Source: Candidatus Woesearchaeota archaeon
Lineage (GTDB): Archaea; Nanobdellota; Nanobdellia; CAYMVK01; CAYYFB01
NCBI GenBank assembly: GCA_964471255.1
Contig: CAYYFB010000001.1
Location: 37,923 to 101,922, forward strand
Reading direction: 5' to 3'
DNA: 64,000 nucleotides
Under the pieces are notes generated by a model, which was given only the letters and a program-made list of their open reading frames with translations, was not told where the DNA came from and did not search any database. Positions 55,198-64,000 of the stretch are shown one piece after another; position 1 is the first letter of the stretch; every line of letters starts with the position of its first letter. The position numbers were made by a program, and so were the translations under genes.

Positions 55198-56275
55198 TTA
55201 AAGTACTTCGCACCAAAATGCTTTTAAATATAACATATGAAAGGGTGGGAATATGTGGTCTGGGGACTGAAAAGTTGTCCATTTAATGCGGGCCTTCTTT
55301 CCTACTTTTTCGGATACTTTCTTCAAGAGGTCCAAAAAAGTTTTAAAATTAACAATTTTATCACAAAAAGATGCAATAACCCATTCTTTTGCTACCTTTA
55401 ATGCTTTTTGTAGCAACACACTATAGCTCTTTAAAGCGTTTTCCTTGCTCATATAAGAAGAGTATGCCGGGGGATCCACTATAACAACATCATATGAGGC
55501 TTCCTCTACTGGAAGCTTGAAAAAATCTTCGTTTAGTATTTTTCCCTCTACCCTATTAAGTTCTAAATTTTTAGTTAGAAATTTAACTGCCGTTTTGCTT
55601 TTTTCATTGAAGGTAACCTCACATCCCTTTAAAGCGGCATGTATGCCGAAGCCGCCACTGTAACAAAAACAATCAAGTACTTTCTCATTTCCTGAAAGTA
55701 TTTTGTAAAAAAGTAGGCGATTCTCTCTCTGATCAAGATAGAATCCTGTTTTTTGGCCTTTTATGATGTCTATGAAAAATTTTGCTTTCCCCTCTTGGAT
55801 TATTGTCTCTTTTTTTTTGACCCCATATGAAAAAATTCTTATCTTTCCGATAAATTGTTACGTTCTCGCCAAATATTGAAGTTAATCGAGACAGAAGCCC
55901 TTCATAAAGAGAAGTTTCACTAATTATGACTATTATATCATTATACTTATCTATTATTAGGCCAGGCAAGCCATCAGAATCTCCAAATACAATTCTTCCA
56001 GATTTAAAATATCCTATCTTTTTTCGATATTGGATTGCAGCCTTGATTTTGGAAAAAAATACTTCATCAATTTCCTTTTCATCTGTAGAATATATTCTTA
56101 AGCAAAATTTTTTATTTTTTTCAAAAAACCCATACCCTACAAAGGTGTTTCTATAGTAAACTTCGCAGAATGCTTTTTTAGGAGCTTTTTTAATATATTC
56201 GATAGAAAAGCTAAGTCTTCCATTCTTAAATTCCAGGAAACCATTTCTAGTTATCTTACACTTACTTGCTTTCAT
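55198..56275 (-). pseudogene. RlmI/COG1092-type SAM-dependent RNA methyltransferase (PUA-like N-terminus), interrupted by a 1-nt frameshift in an A9 run
   Basis: ORF 55733..56275 (...RIVFGDSDGLPGLIIDKYNDIIVI...) continues after the T9/A9 run at 55810..55818 in the frame of ORF 55198..55479. That frame reads ...ETIIQEGKAKFFIDIIKGQKTGFYLDQRENR...VLDCFCYSGGFGIHAA...VVIVDPPAY.... An A8 run would restore one 358-aa ORF. Confidence 0.8.
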
Positions 56276-57405
56276 TAAGGAAGAAAGATTTTATTCTCTA
56301 TTTTTTCTGGCAAATATTTTTCAGCTACAAATTCCAATGATTTAGACGCAAGGGCCTGTTGTTCTAACCTCACTTTTAGCTCTATCATTTTACTCAGTTC
56401 TCGTTTCCACTCCTCAAATCTGGATATCCAAGGATATCTTAACATTTCTTTCGCCCTTTTGACATCAACTTCCTTTAGCTTTTCTAGTACGTTTGTCAAT
56501 CTGTATCTCTTTATATCTTCTAAACACATTCCTACGTACTTCGCATCAGGGATTGCTAATTTTTCAGAGAGATACGCTAAGTTCATCGAACCGCTTTTTA
56601 GGACAAAATAGATATAGAAGCCCCAAGGATCGCAGTCATTGAACACTATTATAGGTAAGTTGTACTCATATCTTAACCTGTTAAGGAGCCTTCTCACTCC
56701 ACGAGAAGCTTGGCCTTGAGTTGTTATAAGTATTGCCCTACTCTTTTTTGGAAATCCTTCTTCTATCAATCTTTCATACATTGCTGCTGATTCTATAACT
56801 AAAACATAGTCAGCATTAATATCTTTTATCTCTATCTCTTCTATAGTCGAAGGAATAGCCCACCCCCCTCGCCCTAATTTTGCGGGCACAAACTCAGCGA
56901 ATTCGCCAGGAATACTTTTGTCAACAATTACTATGTCCCCAAAGAGAGCTCCTCTTCTATCGGCTGTGATATGAAATTGTTCTCTTATTGCTTTACCTCT
57001 AAACAACCTTTCTAAATCCTCTATTGCCTTTATTGTTTCAGCTTCACATTCAAAGGTATTTTCTTTTGAGAATGGCAAATGATGCTTAAGCTGATAATAC
57101 ATTTCTCTCTGAGAAGCATGTTTTCCGGATTCTAACAGCTTTATTACTCTTGAAGCAACTAAAATTGTCTGAACGAACCTCCTTACATGAGCAGCATTGA
57201 AAAATTCTCTCTCACTCAATTTTTCTCCTAATTTTATTAGACCTTTTACCTCATCGAACCTTATATTAAGGAAACCTCTAGAACTTAGCCTTATTTTTAC
57301 TTCTTTCCCTTCTTTAAGTAATTCGTAGATTTCTTTTAACTTTTCTAAAAGTGCATCATGTAGATCCATATCCTTGTGTAAGGATTTTTTTCTTAATTTT
57401 TTCAA
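56275..57405 (-). CDS. top6A: DNA topoisomerase VI subunit A (Spo11-like)
   Basis: SQREMYYQL (catalytic Tyr region); Toprim region VIESAAMYERL...FNDCDPWGFYIY. Confidence 0.85.
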   Translation of the reverse strand: MKKLRKKSLHKDMDLHDALLEKLKEIYELLKEGKEVKIRLSSRGFLNIRFDEVKGLIKLGEKLSEREFFNAAHVRRFVQTILVASRVIKLLESGKHASQREMYYQLKHHLPFSKENTFECEAETIKAIEDLERLFRGKAIREQFHITADRRGALFGDIVIVDKSIPGEFAEFVPAKLGRGGWAIPSTIEEIEIKDINADYVLVIESAAMYERLIEEGFPKKSRAILITTQGQASRGVRRLLNRLRYEYNLPIIVFNDCDPWGFYIYFVLKSGSMNLAYLSEKLAIPDAKYVGMCLEDIKRYRLTNVLEKLKEVDVKRAKEMLRYPWISRFEEWKRELSKMIELKVRLEQQALASKSLEFVAEKYLPEKIENKIFLP

Positions 57406-58951
57406 ATTTTCCTTTTAGAATTAGCTCTATATCATAGTCCGAAAGAACATCACCAAAAATCTTTTTCGAGATTGCCTTGCAAATTTCGAAAGAAGGATCC
57501 TCACCAAACAGTTCTTGGAATGCTCTAGAAATTTCTATGCCATATCTTACAAAATCTAAGAATTTTTCCCATTTTTGCCCCTTTCTTTCCTTTTCTCTTA
57601 TATATCTTTGCAATTTCCTAGCAACTTCTCTAACCCCAAGCTCTACCTCTTTCAATATTTCTGGGTAGGAAGCAACAGCCATCTTGCTTTCTGAAGTATA
57701 AGGGACCCAAGCAGAGTTAATTGTTACTAGAAGTAACATAGGAGCTTTTGGAAAACCTCTATCATCCGCTGGTATTCCATACGTTTTCCAGTTAATGGAT
57801 TGGACAGCTTTTGTAATAGCACATGAACTTTGCTCGTAAAGGAGAGGGATTTTGTTGGCAATTCTTATTAAAGTGAATCTTTCGATATTCCCCCCGTAAG
57901 CTACAAATACTTGGACTTGGAATGGGATACCCCTGTAGCTGCAAGGTTTACGGGTGGTCGAATATACAACCTCAGGATGAAACTCTTCAAATAAACTTTT
58001 TTCTATTTCTTTCTCATCTATTTTTTGCAAATATCTAGAACTTATAGCTCTTATTTTTGTTTTTTGTAAAACCTTCCAAATTTTTTCTGCATCTTCCTTC
58101 CTAAGCGAAGAAGGAACACTTTGTAAAATTTCTTTGGAAATTCCTTGAGAAAGAAGATGATTTATTATCTTGTCCGATATGCCATAGAAAGTCTTCTTAA
58201 GAAAATCAATTACAGTACCCTGCTTATACTCCCTCATCATTCTTAGGAATATGCCCAGCTCTATACCATGCGGATGAATTGGTATCATTTTGGGTTTTTC
58301 AGGTACTTTTCTGCTTCTTCTCTTAAAAAGATGTAAATTTCCATCTGGAGTGTATAAAACTACTCTAGCGTAAGGGCTAACCAAAGAAGAATATTTGACA
58401 TACTCTAGAACCTTCTCAGTCCATTGGGCGTCTAAAGTCACTGTTACTCTGAGTCCATGATCTCTGTGCCATTGAATTTTTCTTTTCTCTACAATTATGG
58501 GTGCGTTTCTTTTTACATCGATAAATACTTTAAAAAGATAAGGATCCGACCTCTTTGTTTTAGAAATTATAGTGGCAGGCTCTCCAGTAGTTAGCTGGGA
58601 ATATAAAACAACAGCGCTAATGCCTATTCCTTGTTGCCCCCTTGTTTGCTTTAAAGCATGAAATTTAGAACCGTAGAGGAATCTCCCAAATACATATGGA
58701 ACATCTTTGATGGGAATTCCTGGTCCAGTATCTTCTCCCGTAACTCGATATACATAACTATCTACTTTTTGAATTCTAAGAATAATGTCCCCTAACATTT
58801 CATGTTCTTCAAGCGCATCTAAGCTGTTATCTAGTATTTCCTTTACTGTTGTATATAAGGCTTTTTTCCTAGAATCAAATCCTAATAAATGTCTATTTCT
58901 TTCAAAGAACTCCGCTATTGATATTTCTCTCATCTTTTTGGACTTTTCCAT
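57356..58951 (-). CDS. top6B: DNA topoisomerase VI subunit B (GHKL ATPase)
   Basis: ISIAEFFERNRHLLGFDS...ALYTTVKEILDNSLDA...GEDTGPGIP...RGQQGIGIS. Confidence 0.9.
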   Translation of the reverse strand: MEKSKKMREISIAEFFERNRHLLGFDSRKKALYTTVKEILDNSLDALEEHEMLGDIILRIQKVDSYVYRVTGEDTGPGIPIKDVPYVFGRFLYGSKFHALKQTRGQQGIGISAVVLYSQLTTGEPATIISKTKRSDPYLFKVFIDVKRNAPIIVEKRKIQWHRDHGLRVTVTLDAQWTEKVLEYVKYSSLVSPYARVVLYTPDGNLHLFKRRSRKVPEKPKMIPIHPHGIELGIFLRMMREYKQGTVIDFLKKTFYGISDKIINHLLSQGISKEILQSVPSSLRKEDAEKIWKVLQKTKIRAISSRYLQKIDEKEIEKSLFEEFHPEVVYSTTRKPCSYRGIPFQVQVFVAYGGNIERFTLIRIANKIPLLYEQSSCAITKAVQSINWKTYGIPADDRGFPKAPMLLLVTINSAWVPYTSESKMAVASYPEILKEVELGVREVARKLQRYIREKERKGQKWEKFLDFVRYGIEISRAFQELFGEDPSFEICKAISKKIFGDVLSDYDIELILKGKFEKIKKKILTQGYGST

Positions 58952-58997
58952 TCTCTATTATAGATATACTTAAATTAAAAGATTATTTGCCTCATTT

Positions 58998-59836
<839 letters not shown>

Positions 59837-59859
59837 ACATGGTTTCACAATAGCAGCAG

Positions 59860-59869
59860 ATAAAAATAT
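59860..59869 (-). promoter_or_regulatory. TATA-like box for tRNA-Thr(UGU)
   Basis: The minus strand reads ATATTTTTAT, centred about 28 nt upstream of the mature tRNA 5' end. Confidence 0.4.
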
Positions 59870-59911
59870 CTTCTTTTTCTCTTTTTATATTGTTAGATGT
59901 TCTTAGATCTA

Positions 59912-60976
59912 TCACATTTTAAATCTTAAAATCCCTCCTATACCACAAAATCTAGAGAACTGAGCTCCTTCCTCCGTGTCCTTTGACACTATAAATACCT
60001 GTGTACCGTATTCTTTAGCCTTTCTAATAAATTCTCTTATTTTTTCTGGATCATAGTCCTCGGAGATTAGCAAATAAGAAAGAGCTCCAAACTCTAACAT
60101 TTTCATGGTTTCATCTTCCCCGTAGACAGCTAAGCCATCGTCTTTAGCTATATGTTCAAAGAAGGAATTGACGATTTTTTTCTCTTTTATTATTTCCTCA
60201 CCAGAAAGCAAATGACTCCCTCTCTGAAGTATCTCTTTCAATCCGTACTCATCCGTATAACAAGTGTCTACAACTCCCAAAATTTTCTTTTTTGTTTCAG
60301 CGTCAATATATTCCTCATAAAGCATTTCTTTGATGGGGCCTGGACCGCCTATTATAATGCCTTTCAAGTCTTCTATTCCCAAATAAAGATCCTTTATCAA
60401 GTAAGATACTTTCTTCAGCCAATCCCTCAAAAGATTTTCACGTACTCTTTGGAATCTTGGGGCACTTGATCCTCCTTTCCTTGTTTTTCCAGGCACCAGA
60501 CTTCTTTCTCTTTTGATTACATCTATCTTTTTCCCCCTTAGTATGCCGAAAGTAGCTTCCTTAGTATCTACAACAACAAGACCATAGCATCCTCTAGCTT
60601 GAGAGAGAAGCTTTTCTAAAGGCTCAGTTAAAAAAGTACTATCACACCTGTATATTTTCAAAGTAGAAGGAATGGGGGGTTCAATTATCCATATCCTGTA
60701 ATCTGGTTTCTCACCACGTCCTGCAATATTTCCGGAAAATATTACTAACCCATTGGGTGGGACTTCTTTGAAATGGCGTAAGGCATGCATTATTTTTTCT
60801 AAAGCTGTTTGAACATTTTTTCTTGTTATATCTGATTTAATATTCTGCGCTGTACTCCACTCTTGCTCTACCATCTTTTTTAAAGCGTTTATATCATAGT
60901 TGGATGGGACATAAATGGTAACTAATTCGGTTCCTCTTCCTCTTATCTTCTTAATTTCATCTAACTGGCGCTTCAA
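59912..60976 (-). CDS. prf1: peptide chain release factor aRF1 with GGS in place of GGQ; TTG start
   Basis: NIKS (AQNIKSDITRKNV) and YxCxxxF (YRCDSTF) are present. The catalytic loop reads GKTRKGGSSAPRFQR (gga gga tca at 60467..60475). The C-terminus GIGGILRFKM is typical of aRF1. Confidence 0.8.
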   Translation of the reverse strand: MKRQLDEIKKIRGRGTELVTIYVPSNYDINALKKMVEQEWSTAQNIKSDITRKNVQTALEKIMHALRHFKEVPPNGLVIFSGNIAGRGEKPDYRIWIIEPPIPSTLKIYRCDSTFLTEPLEKLLSQARGCYGLVVVDTKEATFGILRGKKIDVIKRERSLVPGKTRKGGSSAPRFQRVRENLLRDWLKKVSYLIKDLYLGIEDLKGIIIGGPGPIKEMLYEEYIDAETKKKILGVVDTCYTDEYGLKEILQRGSHLLSGEEIIKEKKIVNSFFEHIAKDDGLAVYGEDETMKMLEFGALSYLLISEDYDPEKIREFIRKAKEYGTQVFIVSKDTEEGAQFSRFCGIGGILRFKM

Positions 60977-61014
60977 TAAGAATATCTCAGCACTACTTAC
61001 AATACCTTACACCC

Positions 61015-61275
61015 TTAGTACATCTTTATTCCATAAAGAAAAATTAGCCAACCAAAAAGACCTATAAGATCTGCCAATTGGAAGGAGGAAGCTCCTAAAG
61101 AAAAAAGGCTCATTCTGAGATAATCCGAGAACACAGGGATTTTCGGAATGGGAAACACAAATTTAAAGAAAATCAGCAACTTGCCATTTCCTAAGAGGCC
61201 TATTAATATCAGGAGCACTCCAATGAATATGACAATGTTTCTCGTCCCGTAACCCATCATTAAGAAACCTTTCAT
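61015..61275 (-). CDS. small hypothetical membrane protein
   Basis: 86 aa with 3 hydrophobic helices. Confidence 0.45.
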   Translation of the reverse strand: MKGFLMMGYGTRNIVIFIGVLLILIGLLGNGKLLIFFKFVFPIPKIPVFSDYLRMSLFSLGASSFQLADLIGLFGWLIFLYGIKMY

Positions 61276-61404
61276 ATAAAGATAGAAACGGTTGAAGTTA
61301 TAATTAATACGTCATTTTGATGTGAGTCAAAAAATTTCTTTATAAGCCACAAAATATAGGGTTTTAAAAAGAAAAGTTTAAAGGCTATTCTAGAGAAAAC
61401 CAGT

Positions 61405-63309
61405 ATGCCCCAGGAAGAAAAAAATGATCAAATTAGAGAGTTTGTTGAGAATATAGTCAAAGATTACATTCAGGAGAGGGACTGGGAAGTAAAGGAAAAT
61501 GCAAACAAATTAAGATCACATGGTTGCTTTGTAGATTATCTATACAGAAGGGTTTTAGGGCAAGAATCTATATTAAAATCTGTTTTGCCTCCAGAAGCTG
61601 TTGAGGCCCATAAAAGAGGAGATATGCATGTTCATAAGCTTCCTTATTCAATCTTTATCCCCTATTGTATTGGATGGAGTGTTCCAAAGATTCTAAGATA
61701 CGGATTACGAACGGCTGGTGTGATCTCTGTACCAGCAAAGCATTTAGATGTAGCAATTTCTCATTTCATTAATTTTGCTTATATAGCTGCACATGAATGG
61801 TCTGGAGCAAACGCTTTTTCAGCTATTGACTTGTATTGCGGTGCATTTATAGAAAGAGATAGACTAACCCCACACCAAATTAGACAATACATCCAAGAAC
61901 TGCTGTATGAGGCTAATTATCCTACAAGACTTGGCTATCAATCCATCTTTCTAAACATAACTGTAATGTTAGATACAGTTGAGAGTGTTTTGCAAGAAGA
62001 AGCCATTGTTGGTGGTCATACAGAAGGATGTCTAGGCGATTATCTGGAAGGCGCTATTAAGTTTGTAAGAGAGTTAATTTTAGAGTACAACAGAGGGGAT
62101 GGGAAAGGACAACCATTTACTTTCCCTATTCCCACAGTAATGTTAACACCCAGATTTGATTGGGAAGGAAGGAGATGGGATGATATTACCAACCTTTTCT
62201 TTGAAAATCTGGCAAAAAGAGGAAGTTTCTACCTTTTAAATGGATACAAAACAAGCGTAGAAGGCTTATATGCAATGTGTTGTCGCCTTGCAATTGATTA
62301 TGAAAAGATCTGTAATTATTTGGAAGGCACGAGAAATAGAGCATATGGTACTTGGGCCATTCCAGATGCAACTGGAAGTATAGGAGTCATTACTCTAAAT
62401 CTCCCAAGAATAGCAATATTAAGCAAAGGGGAGGATGAGAAATTCTTTGATCTTTTAGAAAAGAATCTAGAAGTAGCAAGAAAATGTCTTTTAACCATGA
62501 GAAGAAGATATTCAAAGATTTTGGGACTTAATTTGCTCCCTCTTACAAAGTTCTACCTAGGAGGATATAGAGGCCATTTTAATACTTTTGGCATAATTGG
62601 CCTGCCAGAAGCAGCAGCAAACTTTTTCAGAAATCCACACTTGTGGTTAGATTCATCAAAAGAAGAAATAAGAAAAGCTATAGAATGGGAAAAGGAAGTT
62701 ATTGCTTTTATAGATAAATTTGCACAAGAATGTGAATCAAAAGATGGAGTTTTGTATAATGTTGAGGAAGTTCCCGGGGAATCCGCCTGTTATAAATTAG
62801 CACTAAAGGACATCAAAATGTTCAAAGACGAATTTGATAAAGGAGAAATTTTTATACCAGTTAATGAGGGAGAGCCTATTTATTCTAATAGCATAGTACC
62901 TTATTATACTGATCTCTCTATTTATGAAAGAGCTGAGCTTGAGGGAAAGGTTCAAAACCTTTTTACAGCAGGAGTTATGATGCACCTGTTCTTTGGTGAG
63001 GCTCCAGATCCTGAAGCAGTTAAAAAGATAGTCAGAAGGATAGCTGCTAACACAGATGTTGTTTACTTTTCAATAACACCTGCTCAAACTGTGTGTAGAA
63101 TTTGTGGCTGGAAAGCCACAGGAATCTATGAAAGCTGCGAAAGGTGTGGCAATGAAGATGTAGATATCTGGAGTAGGATAGTTGGTTATTACAGGCCTAT
63201 CAGACTATGGAACAGAGGGAGATTTCTCGAATTCAGAAGTAGAGTTCACTATCTCTCTAATGGAAAAATAATTAGGGCAAAGGATATATTAAGGAGAAAA
63301 AGTGTCTAA
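61405..63309 (+). CDS. nrdD: anaerobic ribonucleoside-triphosphate reductase (class III), NrdD
   Basis: 634 aa with a C-terminal Zn ribbon CRICGW...CERCGN followed by the glycyl-radical region SRIVGYYRPI. Confidence 0.85.
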   Translation: MPQEEKNDQIREFVENIVKDYIQERDWEVKENANKLRSHGCFVDYLYRRVLGQESILKSVLPPEAVEAHKRGDMHVHKLPYSIFIPYCIGWSVPKILRYGLRTAGVISVPAKHLDVAISHFINFAYIAAHEWSGANAFSAIDLYCGAFIERDRLTPHQIRQYIQELLYEANYPTRLGYQSIFLNITVMLDTVESVLQEEAIVGGHTEGCLGDYLEGAIKFVRELILEYNRGDGKGQPFTFPIPTVMLTPRFDWEGRRWDDITNLFFENLAKRGSFYLLNGYKTSVEGLYAMCCRLAIDYEKICNYLEGTRNRAYGTWAIPDATGSIGVITLNLPRIAILSKGEDEKFFDLLEKNLEVARKCLLTMRRRYSKILGLNLLPLTKFYLGGYRGHFNTFGIIGLPEAAANFFRNPHLWLDSSKEEIRKAIEWEKEVIAFIDKFAQECESKDGVLYNVEEVPGESACYKLALKDIKMFKDEFDKGEIFIPVNEGEPIYSNSIVPYYTDLSIYERAELEGKVQNLFTAGVMMHLFFGEAPDPEAVKKIVRRIAANTDVVYFSITPAQTVCRICGWKATGIYESCERCGNEDVDIWSRIVGYYRPIRLWNRGRFLEFRSRVHYLSNGKIIRAKDILRRKSV

Positions 63310-64000
63310 GATAAAAATAAGTTCGATTAAAAAAGACAGTCTAGTAGACGTAATTGGAAACGTTTCTTTTGTAATTTGGACTACAGGATGCAACTTCAGA
63401 TGCCCATGGTGCCAAAATGGAGACATTGTGAGAGGAAAGGGAAAATGGGTATCCGTTGAAAATCTTATCAAAGAAATAGAAGAAGCAAAAAAGTATATTG
63501 ATTTTGTTCACTTTACCGGTGGGGAACCTTGTCTCCAGGGAGATGCTTTAAAAATAATCCTTGATAGAGTTAGGGATTTTGGAATAAAAGGTTCAGTAAA
63601 TACTAATGGGTATTTTCCAAATGTAATAAGGAAATTAACACTTGACCATATAGCTATAGATTTCAAAGCGCCAAAAGAGAAATATGAAGCTGTAATAGGT
63701 AGAAAATTACCAGATGCCTTCTCTAGGCTCATAGAAAGCTTGCATATAGCTTTTTCAGAGGTCCCTTTCACAGAAATAAGAACAACTTATGTTCCAAAGC
63801 TGCTCCAGCCTGAAGATGTTCTTTCTATAGCCACAATCCTTAGAGAAATATTTGGAGAGTATGAAGGAAGGATTATATATGTACTGCAACAATTTGTACC
63901 TTCCGAAACTTTGTTATCTCCTGAATTTAAAAAAGTTAAGTCCCCCTCCAGATCTTTCCTGGAAAATTTAGCAAAAAAAGTTAAAAACAGATTACCAAAT
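63302..64000 (+). CDS. nrdG: anaerobic RNR activating radical-SAM protein NrdG (partial, runs off the right edge), GTG start overlapping the nrdD stop
   Basis: VSKIKISSIKKDSLVDVIGNVSFVIWTTGCNFRCPWCQNGDIV...HFTGGEPCLQGD. The frame is open to nt 64000, and AGGAG precedes the GTG. Confidence 0.8.
   Translation, partial: MSKIKISSIKKDSLVDVIGNVSFVIWTTGCNFRCPWCQNGDIVRGKGKWVSVENLIKEIEEAKKYIDFVHFTGGEPCLQGDALKIILDRVRDFGIKGSVNTNGYFPNVIRKLTLDHIAIDFKAPKEKYEAVIGRKLPDAFSRLIESLHIAFSEVPFTEIRTTYVPKLLQPEDVLSIATILREIFGEYEGRIIYVLQQFVPSETLLSPEFKKVKSPSRSFLENLAKKVKNRLPN

Noticed and set aside
61330-61365. CCACAAAATATAGGGT upstream of nrdD resembles a bacterial NrdR box (about 12/16 matches to ACACTATATATAGTGT as I remember it).
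   Set aside because: There is only one weak copy and no phased second box. I believe NrdR is essentially bacterial, and an AT-rich promoter could match by chance.

Overview
AT-rich (roughly one third GC by eye), very tightly packed archaeal chromosome segment with many 1-50 nt gene overlaps. The gene content points to a small-genome, DPANN-like anaerobic archaeon: fused PriS-PriL primase, topoisomerase VI, aRF1, aIF2-alpha, Nop10, eS6/eS27/eL42, archaeal TrpRS, Taw1, TrmY, Trm1, TmcA, class III RNR and ADP-forming acetyl-CoA synthetase. Between the housekeeping genes sit envelope and accessory blocks. These are two giant cysteine-rich proteins (1279 and 1419 aa), an archaeal type IV pilus-like locus, and a four-gene translationally coupled operon of domain-less membrane/lipoprotein genes. 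I also found two near-identical tRNA-Thr genes, one textbook C/D box sRNA and four CDSs under 60 aa missing from the ORF track (Sec61-beta, eS27, a C2H2 zinc finger, a low-confidence coiled-coil ORF), plus nrdG, which runs off the right edge and is also unlisted. The most striking signal is at the DNA level. The GC-rich octamer CTGGAGCG (consensus TTCTGGAGCGG) occurs about 30 times, in all reading frames and both orientations, where fewer than one copy is expected. Copies cluster in the left 38 kb and inside one giant gene. Other points worth a second look are an aRF1 with GGS in place of the universal GGQ, an A9 homopolymer frameshift in an rRNA methyltransferase gene, a TAACGATA operator-like array upstream of trpS, and a PD-(D/E)xK-like module at the C-terminus of a giant envelope protein. 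All calls come from reading the sequence and from motif memory. No searches were run, and all counts were made by eye.
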